Translations under genes and position numbers: made by a program
Origin: Anaeromyxobacter sp.
GTDB taxonomy: Bacteria; Myxococcota; Myxococcia; Myxococcales; Anaeromyxobacteraceae
NCBI GenBank assembly: GCA_049840735.1
Contig: JASGJN010000022.1
Coordinates: 448,001 to 512,000, forward strand
Direction of reading: 5' to 3'
Length of the DNA: 64,000 bases
Notes under the pieces: model-generated
The model's database searches: none
What the model was told of the DNA's origin: nothing
What the model saw: only the letters and a program-made list of their open reading frames with translations
Shown: positions 11,368 to 21,230 of the stretch, one piece after another
Numbering within the stretch: the first letter of the stretch is position 1
Layout: each line of letters begins with the position of its first letter

Positions 11368-12156
11368 ATGGGCCGCTACCTCCGCCTGCTCCTGATCCAG
11401 CTCCGCGCCTCGGCCGCCCTGGCCCTGCAGTACCGGGCCGAGTTCTTCGGCTCCGGCCTGCTGGCGCTGTTCTGGACCGCCTCGGCGCTGATCCCGCTGC
11501 TGGTGGTCTACGGCGACCGCCCGGCCATCGCCGGCTGGAGCTTCGACGAGGCGCTGGTGGTGATCGGCTGGTTCACGCTGGTGAAGGGCGTGCTGGAGGG
11601 GGCGGTGAACCCCTCGCTCACCGCGGTGGTCGAGCACATCCGCAAGGGCACGCTCGACTTCGTGCTGCTCAAGCCGGCCGACGCGCAGTTCCTGGTCTCG
11701 ACCGCGAAGTTCGAGCCGTGGCGGGTGGTGGACGTGCTCACCGGCCTGGTGATCTTCGGGGTGGCGTTCCACCGCATGGGCCGCGTGCCGTCCGCCGCCG
11801 GCGTGGCCATGGCGGCGGTGCTGCTGGTCTGCGCCACCGTGATCCTCTACTCGCTCTGGATCCTGGTGGTCTCGGCCGCCTTCTTCGTGGTGAAGGTGGA
11901 CAACCTCTCCTTCCTCTTCCTCTCCATGTACGACGCGGCGCGCTGGCCGGCCGACGTCTTCCCCGGCCTGCTCCGGCTGGTCTTCACGGTGGTGATCCCG
12001 CTGGCCATCCTCACCACCTTCCCCGCGGCCGCCCTGCTGGGGCGGCTCGGCGCGCCGCAGGTGGCCGCCATCGCCGCAGGCGCCGCCGTCTTCGCCCTGG
12101 CCGCGCGGGTGGTCTGGCTGCGCTCGATCGGGCGGTACACCTCCGCTTCGTCCTGA
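11368..12156 (+). CDS. ABC-2 family (DUF990-type) permease
   Basis: QYRAEF, GWSFDE, IRKGTLDFVLLKP, ARWPADVF; starts 2 nt after the previous stop. Confidence 0.85.
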   Translation: MGRYLRLLLIQLRASAALALQYRAEFFGSGLLALFWTASALIPLLVVYGDRPAIAGWSFDEALVVIGWFTLVKGVLEGAVNPSLTAVVEHIRKGTLDFVLLKPADAQFLVSTAKFEPWRVVDVLTGLVIFGVAFHRMGRVPSAAGVAMAAVLLVCATVILYSLWILVVSAAFFVVKVDNLSFLFLSMYDAARWPADVFPGLLRLVFTVVIPLAILTTFPAAALLGRLGAPQVAAIAAGAAVFALAARVVWLRSIGRYTSASS

Positions 12157-12191
12157 TCCGGGCGCGCGCCTCGGCTATACACTCGCCCCCG

Positions 12192-13109
12192 ATGCTCCGC
12201 CTGACCTTCCTCGGCACCGCCGCCGCCCAGCCCACGCTCCGGCGCAACCTGACCGGCCTGGCCATCCGCCGCGAGCGCGAGCTGTGCCTGGTGGACTGCG
12301 GCGAGGGCACCCAGCGCCAGCTCATCCACTTCGGCGCCGGCTTCGACGTCTCCGCCATCTTCTTCACGCACTTCCACGCCGATCACTACCTGGGCGCCAT
12401 CGGCTTCCTGCGCACCCTCTCCATGCAGGGGCGGGCCGAGCCGCTGGACGTGTACGGCCCGCGCTCGGCGCGCCGCATCCTGGAGACCATGCTCTTCACC
12501 GGCGCGGAGAAGTTCTCCTACGAGGTGCGCATCCACGAGGTGCGCCCGGGCGAGGCGGTGGCGCGCGGCGGCTGCAGCTGGGTGCCCTTCGAGACCGACC
12601 ACCGCATGCCGTCGGTGGGCTGGTCGCTGGTGGAGCCGCAGCGGCCGGGCCGCTTCCACCCGGAGAAGGCGGCGGCGCTGGGCGTGCCCAAGGGGCCGCT
12701 GTTCGGCGCGCTGCAGCGCGGCCAGGCGGTGACGCTGCCGGACGGCCGCACCGTGGCCCCGGCCGACGTGGTGGAGCCGGCGCGCCCCGGGCGCACCGTG
12801 GCGGTCACGGGCGACACGCGCCCCTGCGGCGGCACGGTCGGCGCCGCCCGCGGCGGAGACCTGCTGGTGCACGACTGCACCTTCGGCGATCCGGAGGCGG
12901 CGCGCGCCGTGGAGACCCGGCACTCCACCGCGCGCGAGGCGGCCCAGGTGGCACGCGAGGCGGGCGTGAAGCGGCTGGTGCTGACGCACCTGTCCTCGCG
13001 CTACGACCGCGAGTGGCAGCCGCTGCTGGACCAGGCCCGCGAGGTATTCCAGGGACCGGTCGACGTGGCCAGCGACGGGATGATCATCGAGGTCCCGCTG
13101 GAGGGGTGA
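12192..13109 (+). CDS. rnz: ribonuclease Z
   Basis: FLGT..QPT..RN, DCGEGTQRQ, THFHADH metallo-beta-lactamase motif, GP-rich exosite, HST, LTHLSSRY. Confidence 0.93.
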   Translation: MLRLTFLGTAAAQPTLRRNLTGLAIRRERELCLVDCGEGTQRQLIHFGAGFDVSAIFFTHFHADHYLGAIGFLRTLSMQGRAEPLDVYGPRSARRILETMLFTGAEKFSYEVRIHEVRPGEAVARGGCSWVPFETDHRMPSVGWSLVEPQRPGRFHPEKAAALGVPKGPLFGALQRGQAVTLPDGRTVAPADVVEPARPGRTVAVTGDTRPCGGTVGAARGGDLLVHDCTFGDPEAARAVETRHSTAREAAQVAREAGVKRLVLTHLSSRYDREWQPLLDQAREVFQGPVDVASDGMIIEVPLEG

Positions 13110-13202
13110 CCGCGGCGCGCCGGCCGGTCGGGCGGGAGGCCATACCTGTGGCCTCGACGGGGACCATCCGGGCCTTAGGTTCCTCCTCGCAAGGAGACGA
13201 CG

Positions 13203-13907
13203 ATGATCACCATCCGCAAGTCCGAGGACCGGGGCCACTTCGATCACGGCTGGCTCGACACCCGCCACACCTTCTCGTTCGCGAGCTACGAGGACCCGGC
13301 GCACATGGGCTTCCGCGCCCTGCGCGTCATCAACGAGGACCGGGTGGTGCCGGGCGAGGGCTTCGGCACGCACGGCCACCGCGACATGGAGATCCTCTCC
13401 TACGTCCTGGCCGGCGCGCTGGCGCACAAGGACTCCACCGGCGGCGGCGGCGTGCTGCGGCCGGGCGAGGTCCAGCGCATGAGCGCCGGCACCGGCGTGC
13501 GTCACTCGGAGTTCAACGGCTCCGCCGAGGAGCCGGTGCACTTCCTCCAGATTTGGCTGCTGCCCGACCGCGCCGGCCACCCGGCGTCGTACGAGCAGCG
13601 GGCCTACCCGGAGGCCGAGCGGCTGAACCGGCTGCGCCTGGTGGCCTCGCCGGACGGCGCCGAGGGCTCCACGACCGTCCACCAGGACGCCCGCGTGTAC
13701 GCGGCGCTCCTGGAGCCGGGGCGGACGCTGGAGCTGCCGCTGGGCCATGGCCGGCACGGCTGGGTGCAGGTGGCGCGCGGCGCCGTGGAGGTGAACGGCG
13801 CCCGGCTCGGCGCCGGCGACGGCGCGGCGCTGTCGGAGGAGGCGGCCATCCGGCTGCAGGCCTCCGGCCACGCCACCGCCGAGCTGCTGGTGTTCGACCT
13901 GGCGTGA
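13203..13907 (+). CDS. pirin family protein (YhhW-like)
   Basis: HTFSFASY, LRVINEDRV..G.GFGTHGHRDMEI, MSAGTGVRHSEFN, LQIW. Confidence 0.93.
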   Translation: MITIRKSEDRGHFDHGWLDTRHTFSFASYEDPAHMGFRALRVINEDRVVPGEGFGTHGHRDMEILSYVLAGALAHKDSTGGGGVLRPGEVQRMSAGTGVRHSEFNGSAEEPVHFLQIWLLPDRAGHPASYEQRAYPEAERLNRLRLVASPDGAEGSTTVHQDARVYAALLEPGRTLELPLGHGRHGWVQVARGAVEVNGARLGAGDGAALSEEAAIRLQASGHATAELLVFDLA

Positions 13908-13936
13908 GGCGGGGCGAGGCCACCTGGCTCGCCCTG

Positions 13937-14045
13937 CCCTTCGACTCCGCCGCGGCGGAGCCGCGGCTACGCTCAGGGCGAACGGTTCTTCCCGGGCCGT
14001 TCGTCCTGAGCCCTTCGACAGGCTCAGGGCAGGCGGAGTCGAAGG
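13937..14045. repeat. REP-like palindromic element pair
   Basis: CCCTTCGACTCC-hairpin-CTACGCTCAGGGCGAACGG followed by an inverted copy; same family at 15374, 18220, 36694 and 44968. Confidence 0.85.
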
Positions 14046-14118
14046 ACAGGGGCGAGCGAGCCAGGCGAGGCCTGCTGCCCAGGTTGGCCTCCACGCCCGT
14101 TCGCGCTAGAACCCCCCC

Positions 14119-15348
14119 GTGCCGCACGACCCCGCCGTCGATCTCGCCGTCTGGATCCCGCGCCTCCTCTCCGTCTGGCGCGAGCGGTCAGGCGCGCGGC
14201 CCGGGCCGCGCCCGGATCCGCGGCGCGGCGGCCCCCAGGGACGGAACGTCCCGCACGGCCGGGCGCCGCGGCCGCCGGAGGACGCGCTCCTCCCGGACGA
14301 GCTGCGCAGCGTGGCGGCGGCGGTGGAGCGGCTCTCGCGCGGGCTGACCCGCGATCGCGAGCTGGCCGGCGCCCGCTACATGGACGAGGACCGGCTGCTG
14401 GGCGCCTACCTGCTCTTCTACTGGCCGGTCTCCTACCTGCAGGCCCGCGGCGTGCTCTCCGAGCTGCCGCGCCGGCCGCGCAGCGTGCTCGACCTGGGCA
14501 GCGGCCCGGGCCCGCTGGCCTTCGCCGCGCTGGACGCCGGCGCCGCCGAGGCGGTGGCGGCGGACCGCTCGCAGCCGGCCCTGGCGTCGGCGCGCAAGCT
14601 GGCCGCCGCGGCGGGCGAGGCGCTGGCCACGCGCGAGTGGAACCCCACCCGCCCCGGCGCGCTGGCGGGCGTGGCGGGCGGGAAGACCTTCGACGTGGTG
14701 ACGATGGGCCACGTGCTGAACGAGCTTTGGAAGGGGCAGGACGAGGACGCGCGCCGGGCCGCCCTCCTGGAGGAGGTGCTGGGGCTGGTGGCGCCGGGCG
14801 GCTCGCTGGTGGTGCTGGAGCCGGCGCTGCGCGAGACCTCGCGCGCGCTCCTGCGGGTGCGCGACCGGCTGGTGGCGCGCGGGTACGCGGTCCGGGCGCC
14901 GTGCCTGTTCCGCGAGGCCTGCCCGGCGCTGATCAAGGAGACCGATTGGTGCCACGCCGAGCGGCCGGTCTCGCCGCCGCCGCTGGTGGCGCAGATCGCC
15001 AAGGCCGCCGGCCTCCGCCGCGAGGCGGTGAAGATGAGCTACCTGGTGCTGGCGCCGCGCGGCGAGGCCTGGGCGCCGCCGCCGCCCGGGCGCGTGTTCC
15101 GGATCGTCTCCGAGCCGCTGCCGTCCAAGGGGCGGCTGCGCTACATGGCCTGCGGCCCCGAGGGGCGGATGGGGCTGTCCTTGCAGGAGAAGCACGTCGG
15201 CCCCGCCAACCAGGCCTTCGAGCGGCTGCTGCGCGGCGACGTGATCGAGGTGGGCGGCGGGGAACCCCGCGGCGACGGCCTGGCCCTGGGCGAGGGGTCG
15301 GCGGTGAAGGTGATCGCGCCGGCGGGGAAGCCGGTGGCGGACCGCTGA
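14119..15348 (+). CDS. Rsm22-family SAM-dependent methyltransferase
   Basis: AYLLFY, VLDLGSGPG, VLNEL, VLEPA, APC...CP...DWCH, SYLVL. Confidence 0.8.
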   Translation: MPHDPAVDLAVWIPRLLSVWRERSGARPGPRPDPRRGGPQGRNVPHGRAPRPPEDALLPDELRSVAAAVERLSRGLTRDRELAGARYMDEDRLLGAYLLFYWPVSYLQARGVLSELPRRPRSVLDLGSGPGPLAFAALDAGAAEAVAADRSQPALASARKLAAAAGEALATREWNPTRPGALAGVAGGKTFDVVTMGHVLNELWKGQDEDARRAALLEEVLGLVAPGGSLVVLEPALRETSRALLRVRDRLVARGYAVRAPCLFREACPALIKETDWCHAERPVSPPPLVAQIAKAAGLRREAVKMSYLVLAPRGEAWAPPPPGRVFRIVSEPLPSKGRLRYMACGPEGRMGLSLQEKHVGPANQAFERLLRGDVIEVGGGEPRGDGLALGEGSAVKVIAPAGKPVADR

Positions 15349-15373
15349 TCGACCCGCTGCGCGGGTTCACTCT

Positions 15374-15526
15374 CCGTTCGTGGTGAGCGTAGGGCCGGGC
15401 TCGCGCCGGGTGGTCCGGCTGTCCGGCCCGGAGTCGAACCACGAGGTTGGACCGCGAGAGGGCCACGAGGAACCCTGTCCTTCGACTCCGCGCCCGCGTC
15501 GCGGGCGCTACGCTCAGGACGATCGG
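15374..15526. repeat. REP-like palindromic element pair between convergent genes
   Basis: CCGTTCGTGGTGAGCGTAG...GAGTCGAACCAC and inverted CCTTCGACTCC...CTACGCTCAGGACGATCGG. Confidence 0.8.
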
Positions 15527-15592
15527 ATCCCGTGGGCCCCGCCCGCACATTCAAGCGGGGAGCTCGAAGTCGGATGGCAGGCGCGGGACCGC

Positions 15593-16597
15593 TCAGCCCG
15601 TGTGGACCTCGCCCCCGCCGTTCCGCCGGCTGAACAGCTCGGAGAAGACCTCCTCCAGCGGCGGATCCTCCACCGTCAGGTCCGAGACCGGGAAGGCCGC
15701 CAGCAGCCGGGCCACCGCGCTCGACACCTCGGCGGCCGGCACCTGCACCACCGCCTGCCCGGGCTCGGCCGCGACCACCTGGCCGTGGCGCGCCAGGTCG
15801 GCGGCGGCGGGCGTGGCGCCGCCCTCGGCGAAGCGGACCACGATCCGCTTGTCCGGCCGGATCTCGCGCGAGAGGGCGCGCAGGTCCCCGTCGTAGACCA
15901 GCCGGCCGTGGTCGATGACGATCACGCGCGGGCAGAGCTGGAGCACGTCCTCCATGTAGTGGCTGGTGAGGAGCACCGAGGCGCCGAACCGCTCGTTGTA
16001 GGCCTTCACGAAGCTGCGCACGGTGGCCTGCATGGAGACGTCGAGGCCGATGGTGGGCTCGTCCAGGAACAGCACCTTGGGCCGGTGGAGCAGGGCCGCG
16101 GCCAGCTCGCACTTCATCCGCTCGCCCAGCGACAGCTGGCGGGTGGGCTTGTTCACCAGGTCGCCGAGGCCGAGCAGGGTGGTGAGCTCCTCCAGCGTCT
16201 CCTCGAAGCGGGCCTTGGGGACGTCGTAGATGGCGCGGTTGAGCGCGAAGGTCTCGGCGGGCGGCAGGTCCCAGAGGAGCTGCTGCTTCTGCCCCATCAC
16301 CAGCGTGATGGTCTTGAGGAAGTCCGGCGCCCGCCGGCGCGGCACGTGGCCGGCCACCTCAACCTCCCCGGCGGTGGGGTGGAGCAGGCCGGAGAGCATC
16401 TTGAGGGTGGTGGTCTTGCCGGCCCCGTTGGGCCCCAGGAAGCCGACCCGCTCCCCTTCACCGACCGAGAAGTCGATCCCGTCCACGGCGCGGACGGTGT
16501 CGTAGCTGCGCCGGAAGAGCGAGCGCACGGCGGCGCCCAGCCCGGGCGGGCGCCGGTGCACCTTGTAGTGCTTGGTGAGGCCGCGGACGGTGATCAC
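15593..16597 (-). CDS. ABC transporter ATP-binding protein (ABC-2 type)
   Basis: Walker A GPNGAGKTT, signature LSLGERMK, Walker B LFLDEPT, TSHYM. Confidence 0.92.
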   Translation of the reverse strand: MITVRGLTKHYKVHRRPPGLGAAVRSLFRRSYDTVRAVDGIDFSVGEGERVGFLGPNGAGKTTTLKMLSGLLHPTAGEVEVAGHVPRRRAPDFLKTITLVMGQKQQLLWDLPPAETFALNRAIYDVPKARFEETLEELTTLLGLGDLVNKPTRQLSLGERMKCELAAALLHRPKVLFLDEPTIGLDVSMQATVRSFVKAYNERFGASVLLTSHYMEDVLQLCPRVIVIDHGRLVYDGDLRALSREIRPDKRIVVRFAEGGATPAAADLARHGQVVAAEPGQAVVQVPAAEVSSAVARLLAAFPVSDLTVEDPPLEEVFSELFSRRNGGGEVHTG

Positions 16598-16705
16598 GGG
16601 GCCGGATATTGCGGTGAGGCCCGCCCCGGGGCAAGCGGTGATGTGCCGCCCAGGCGCCCCGCCAGAGCTTGCCCCGGCCCCTGCCCGCCCCGGCTACGCT
16701 GGGCC

Positions 16706-17683
16706 ATGCCCGCTCCGAAGAAGCGCCCCGCCACCAAGTCCGGCCGCCCGCGCGCCCGCAAGGGCGTGAAGCTCGAGCCCACCGACCTGACCCCGCCGCA
16801 GCTGGCGCTCGCCGACCGGCCGCCCGAGCTCGAGGAGCTGGCGCGCGCCGTGGAGGCGGACGGCGGCGCGGTGCTGGCCGCCTACCGCGAGCCGCTGGGC
16901 GGCCACGCCCTGCTCTTCACCGCCCTGCCGGTGGAGAAGGTGGAGCGGAGCGCCTTCCAGCGCGACGTGTCCGACCCGCACGTGCGCCGGCTCACCGTGG
17001 CCATGGACAAGACCCGGCGCTACCTCGACCCGATCATCGCGGTGCGGGAGGGGGACGCCTACCTCACGCCCAACGGCGGCCACCGCCTCACCGCGCTGAA
17101 GGAGCTGGGGGCGAAGAGCGTGCTGGCGCTGCTGGTGCCGGAGAAGGCGGTCGCCTACCAGATCCTGGCCCTCAACATCGAGAAGGCCCACAACCTGCGG
17201 GAGAAGGCGCTGGAGGTGGTCCGCATGTACCGGGACCTGGCCGGCGGCCCGGATCCGAAGGAGGTCGAGCTGGCGCTGGAGTTCGAGGAGCCGGCCCTGG
17301 TCACGCTGGGCTTCGCGTACGAGCAGCGCGGGCGGCTGTCGGGGTCCGCCTATGCGCCCATCCTGCGCAAGGTGGACGCGCTCCTGGATCGGAAGCTCTC
17401 GGCCGCGACCGCGGAGCGGGAGCGGCGAGCCGGGCTGGTGCTGGCGTTCGACGACGCGGTCAACGAGGCGGTGGGGCGGCTGAAGGAGAAGGGGTTCGAC
17501 TCGCCGTACCTGAAGAGCTTCGTGGTGGCGCGGGTGAACCCGCTGCGGTTCATGAAGGGCGGGGCGCCGCCGCTGGAGGAGCTGTTCGAGACCATGACGA
17601 AGCGGGCCCGCGGGATGGACCCGGGGAAGATCAAGGCGACAGACGTGGCGAGGAGCGGGGGGGCGCCGAGCGGGGAGGAGTAG
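16706..17683 (+). CDS. ParB/Srx N-terminal domain protein
   Basis: FQRDVS, YLDPIIAV, NGGHRLTALKELG, ALNIE; Lys/Arg-rich N-terminus. Confidence 0.75.
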   Translation: MPAPKKRPATKSGRPRARKGVKLEPTDLTPPQLALADRPPELEELARAVEADGGAVLAAYREPLGGHALLFTALPVEKVERSAFQRDVSDPHVRRLTVAMDKTRRYLDPIIAVREGDAYLTPNGGHRLTALKELGAKSVLALLVPEKAVAYQILALNIEKAHNLREKALEVVRMYRDLAGGPDPKEVELALEFEEPALVTLGFAYEQRGRLSGSAYAPILRKVDALLDRKLSAATAERERRAGLVLAFDDAVNEAVGRLKEKGFDSPYLKSFVVARVNPLRFMKGGAPPLEELFETMTKRARGMDPGKIKATDVARSGGAPSGEE

Positions 17684-17812
17684 GGCCGAGGGTCAGCGAT
17701 GTCGTGGGTGCCAGGCGGCGGGACGGGGGGGCTGCCGGGGGGACAGGGCGCTGGGGTGGCCCCTGCCCCAGCGCCGAGCGCGGTGCCGTGCTGAGGGAAA
17801 GGGGTGGGGGCT

Positions 17813-18048
17813 GGGGACGAGGTGGGGACGGGGGACGAGGTGGGGGCGGGGACGAGGTGGGGGCGGGGACGAGGTGGGGGCGGGGACGAGGTGGGGGCGG
17901 GGACGAGGTGGGGGCGGGGACGAGGTGGGGGCGGGGGACGAGGTGGGGGGCGGGGACGAGGTGGGGGCGGGGGACGAGGTGGGGGCGGGGGACGAGGTGG
18001 GGGCGGGGGACGAGGTGGGGGCGGGGACGAGGTGGGGGCGGGGACGAG
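17813..18048. repeat. G-rich tandem repeat, ~13-14 copies of GGGGACGAGGTGGGGGC
   Basis: Directly visible; units differ mainly in G-run length. Confidence 0.95.
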
Positions 18049-18049
18049 T

Positions 18050-18206
18050 AGGCGGGGTCAGGTCATGCGTGTTGGCGCTCGCCTGCTCCAGTGCGTGGGC
18101 AATCGAGAGTCCCGTATTCCAGCGCGTGCGCCCTTGGGGTCAACTGGGAGTCACTTACTCCAGCGCGTGCGCCCTTGGGGTCAGATCTGAGGCGGGGTCA
18201 GGTCAT
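18050..18206. repeat. 41-bp tandem repeat bracketed by a 17-bp direct repeat
   Basis: AGGCGGGGTCAGGTCAT at 18050 and 18190; TCCAGCGCGTGCGCCCTTGGGGTCA at 18118 and 18159; degenerate copy ~18087; further copy at 18939-18968. Confidence 0.85.
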
Positions 18207-18219
18207 TGCTGATGAGGAT

Positions 18220-18269
18220 CCGTTCGGGCTGAGCGTAGCGAGCCCGCAGGGCTCGCGGAGTCGAAGCCC
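18220..18269. repeat. REP-like palindromic element
   Basis: CCGTTCGGGCTGAGCGTAG-hairpin-GGAGTCGAAGCCC. Confidence 0.85.
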
Positions 18270-18486
18270 AGGCGCCAACAAGGTCACCCGCGCGCTGGAG
18301 CAAGCGCAGGTGGGGCGTGTCGAGGCGTTGCGGAGATTTCGCTTGACGTGAAATGGGCGCAGGGTGGTCTCCGCGGGACGGGGCTGCAGGAAACGGCTCT
18401 CCTGCAGCACTCTTCGTGATCCCCTTGGCGCGCGGGGAGGTGCGTGAGGGGGCGGAGAGGGGGTCTCGAAGATCTCGCGCCTGGCG

Positions 18487-18968
18487 ATGCGCCAGGGGCC
18501 TCCGCGGGACCTCGAGGCGGACGAGCGGGGCATCAAGGTCGAGTTCCTGCTGGTGGTGACCCTCAAGCCGCGCGAGGCGCCGAAGGACGGGGTACGTCGG
18601 CTCCCTTGTCCGTTCCCCGGCGCTCCCCAGCGCCGTCCGGTGGATTCCAACGGGTGTGACTGCACTGGTGACCGCGTCGGTTGAGGCGGTTCCATCCCAG
18701 CCTCAGGAACCGGCCGTCTCCTCGGAGCCCGCCTTCGCGCTCTCGGCGCCCAACCCCGTCCCCGGCCGCCCGGAGCTTCACCCGGTCAACGCGGAGCAGT
18801 GGTCGATGCGCGTCACCCTCGACGAGGCGGCGCACGCTGACCTCGAGGCCCTCCGTGAACTCCCACAACCAGTGGGCGGCGGTGGAGGCCTACGGGCGCG
18901 AGAAGATGGCCGCCTTCATCCCCTCCCTCTCCCATTCACCTGCTCCAGCGCGTGCGCCCTTGAGGTGA
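18487..18968 (+). pseudogene. internally deleted remnant of a myxobacterial HNH endonuclease-like gene
   Basis: Fragments in different frames: LEADERGIKVEFLLV, RPELHPVNAEQWSMRVTLDEAAHADLEALREL, HNQWAAVEAYGREKMAAF; these resemble the N-terminal, middle and C-terminal parts of such proteins from memory. Confidence 0.45.
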
Positions 18969-18990
18969 TCACCTCAGGGCCGCCGGCCGA

Positions 18991-20453
18991 TCACCCGGTC
19001 CGCGCCACCTGGTCCGACGCCAGCACCCACTCGATCCGGGCTCGCAGCGCCCCGGTTCGAACGGCTTCACCAGCCGGGGCAGGCCGGTGCGCTCCAGGAA
19101 CTCGTACGCGGCGGCCGGAGGCGAGGCGGGCGTGAGCGCCACGAAGCGGCGGTGCAGGTCGGGGCGCAGCTCCATCAGCCGGGCGTGCAGCGCGGCGCCG
19201 TCGGGCTCGGGCAGGGTCAGGCTGCACACCACCAGGTCCAGGTCGGCGCCGGAGGCCAGCACGCTCACGGCCTCGGCGCGGGTGCAGGCGGTGAGCACGG
19301 TCAGGTCGCCCAGCGCCAGCGCCACCTGCCGCGCAAGCTCCGGGTCCTCGTCCACGAACAGGACCCGGGTCCCGCGCCCGGGCAGCGGGGCGGGCGTGTA
19401 CAGGCGCCCGGGGACCGGCGTCACCGCGGGCCGGGGCGACTCGAGCTCGCGCAGGGCGGACGCGAACGCGGTCAGCTCCTGCACGATGGCGGCGATCCGG
19501 TCGGCGCCCTCGGCGATCTCCGCGGTGGCCTCGCGCGCGTCGGAGGCCTCGCGGGCGAGGTGCTCCAGCTCCTGGGCCACGAACTTCGCGTTGGCCTTCA
19601 CGGCCGCCAGCGGGCTGTTGATGCCATGGGCCACGCTGCCGGACAGCCGCCCCAGCGCGGCCAGCCGCTCGGACCGCGCCAGCGCCGCGTGCGCCGCGGC
19701 CAGCTCCCGCCCGCGCTCCTCGGCCATGTGCTCGAGGCGGCCCGAGAGCTCGGCCAGGGCCCGGGCGTCGCGCCCGACGCGCCAGGACAGCTCGCCGCCG
19801 ATGCCCAGCAGGCCCACCAGGAAGCCCAGGTCGAGCATGTAGGGCGCGTCGGTGAGCTCGGCCACCGCACCGATCTCCACCACCGCGGCGGCGATCAGGA
19901 CGCTGAAGCCGGCGGCCTGCACCACCGAGCCGGGCGCGCGCCTGCGCAGCCGGCGCACCACGTTGCGCACCGGCACGCCGCCGGCCAGCGCCAAGAGCGC
20001 CATGGCCCCGAGCCCCACCGGCGTCACCGCGCCGGTGCGGTAGGCGAGCCCCAGCGCGGGCACGCGGTGCAGGCCGATGGGCGTGCTCACGAACGAGCCG
20101 GGCCACCAGGCCAGCGCGGCCAGCGCGAACAGCCCGGCGATCACCGCGCCGTCCACCGGCGGCGGCGGATCGCCCTCCAGCCGCCGCACCGCGGCCCCGT
20201 AGCCGATCCAGGCCGCGATGTGGATCGCCAGCGCCGACCAGCTGAGCTGGTTCGCGGCCAGCACCAGGGCGTCGGAGGGACCGAGCAGCGTCTGCGGGAT
20301 GTTGGACGCGCTGTAGATCGAGGCGGTGAAGGCCACCAGCGAGAAGCGGCGCAGGTGGCCCCACCCCGGCGCGTGGGCGAGCGCCAGGCAGAGCACGCCC
20401 AGGCCCGCGGCCATCGCGCAGGCCGTCACCGACACGGTGGCGGCGATCGTCAT
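18991..20453 (-). CDS. membrane sensor with HisKA domain and degenerate receiver, no ATPase domain (frameshift ~19055)
   Basis: About 7 TM segments; ERLAALGRLSGSVAHGINSPL; receiver VLFVDED...LVVCSLTLP...KPF; C-terminus continues in a second frame to TGA at 18991. Confidence 0.75.
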
Positions 20454-20580
20454 GGAGGGCGCATGTTATCGCTGCGTCCGACGCTCGTGGAGCGTGATTC
20501 AGGTGGGTCGGGGCGACCGGCGGCGGGTCCACCGGGCCTGGGCCAGGGGCCGGCCCCACCCGGCCTCAACCCCCGGCGGC

Positions 20581-21060
20581 TCAGCGGCGGGGGCTCTGCC
20601 GCTCGGCGCGCGCCAGCACCAGCCGCTTCTCCAGCTCTCCGCCGATGTGCGCCAGGGTGGCATCGTCCACGTGCCCCTCGGCGTAGGGAAAGAGCTCACG
20701 CTCCTCCCAGCGGACGTGGCGCTCCAGCAGGTCGGCGAAGGCGGCCAGCGCGGCACGCACCTCGGGCGGCCGGGCGGTGCGGGCGGCCACCAGCAGCCGG
20801 GTCAGCTCGGCGTGCTCGCTGGTGAGCCGGCGCATGTCGGCCTCGGAGAGGTGCGTCCCCAGCAGCTCCTCCTCGGCGCGTGTGTGCGGTCGGAGCACCT
20901 GCTCGTCGTAGCGCCGGGCGAGCGACAGCAGGCCGGGGAGATTGCGCGGGGCGCCGGCGGCCTCGGCGTGGCCGGCCAGCGCCTGCTTCAGCTGGAACGC
21001 CACCAGGAGCGCCTGGTGGTGCTCGCTCGACAGCGGCTTGAGCTGCTTGGAGCGGCGCAT
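20581..21060 (-). CDS. hemerythrin HHE cation-binding domain protein
   Basis: LSSEHHQAL, HTRAEEELL, EHAEL, HVRWEERELFP. Confidence 0.85.
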   Translation of the reverse strand: MRRSKQLKPLSSEHHQALLVAFQLKQALAGHAEAAGAPRNLPGLLSLARRYDEQVLRPHTRAEEELLGTHLSEADMRRLTSEHAELTRLLVAARTARPPEVRAALAAFADLLERHVRWEERELFPYAEGHVDDATLAHIGGELEKRLVLARAERQSPRR

Positions 21061-21230
21061 GGGGGGATCGTCGCCCAAGGGGCGGGTGCCCGCAACACAT
21101 GGCGCGGTGACGATGCTCTTCGGGGGGCTCCCGCTGGGGTGCCAGGCTGCGACGAGTTGACGCTGCGCAGCAAGGTCCTTAAATCGACCGGCGCAGCGAC
21201 CGATTTCCAAATCAGCGGGGAGCTTCGTCC

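Noticed and set aside
9841..12156. 771-aa fusion ORF
   Set aside because: Its middle is an off-frame reading of the first permease; the second permease has its own SD and ATG at 11368
18082..18206. Possible mini CRISPR array
   Set aside because: Intervening segments are only ~16 nt and similar to each other (a 41-bp tandem repeat); no cas genes in the window
17804..18212. Gly/Arg-rich repeat proteins
   Set aside because: Translations of the G-rich tandem repeat, with frame changes at homopolymers and no SD
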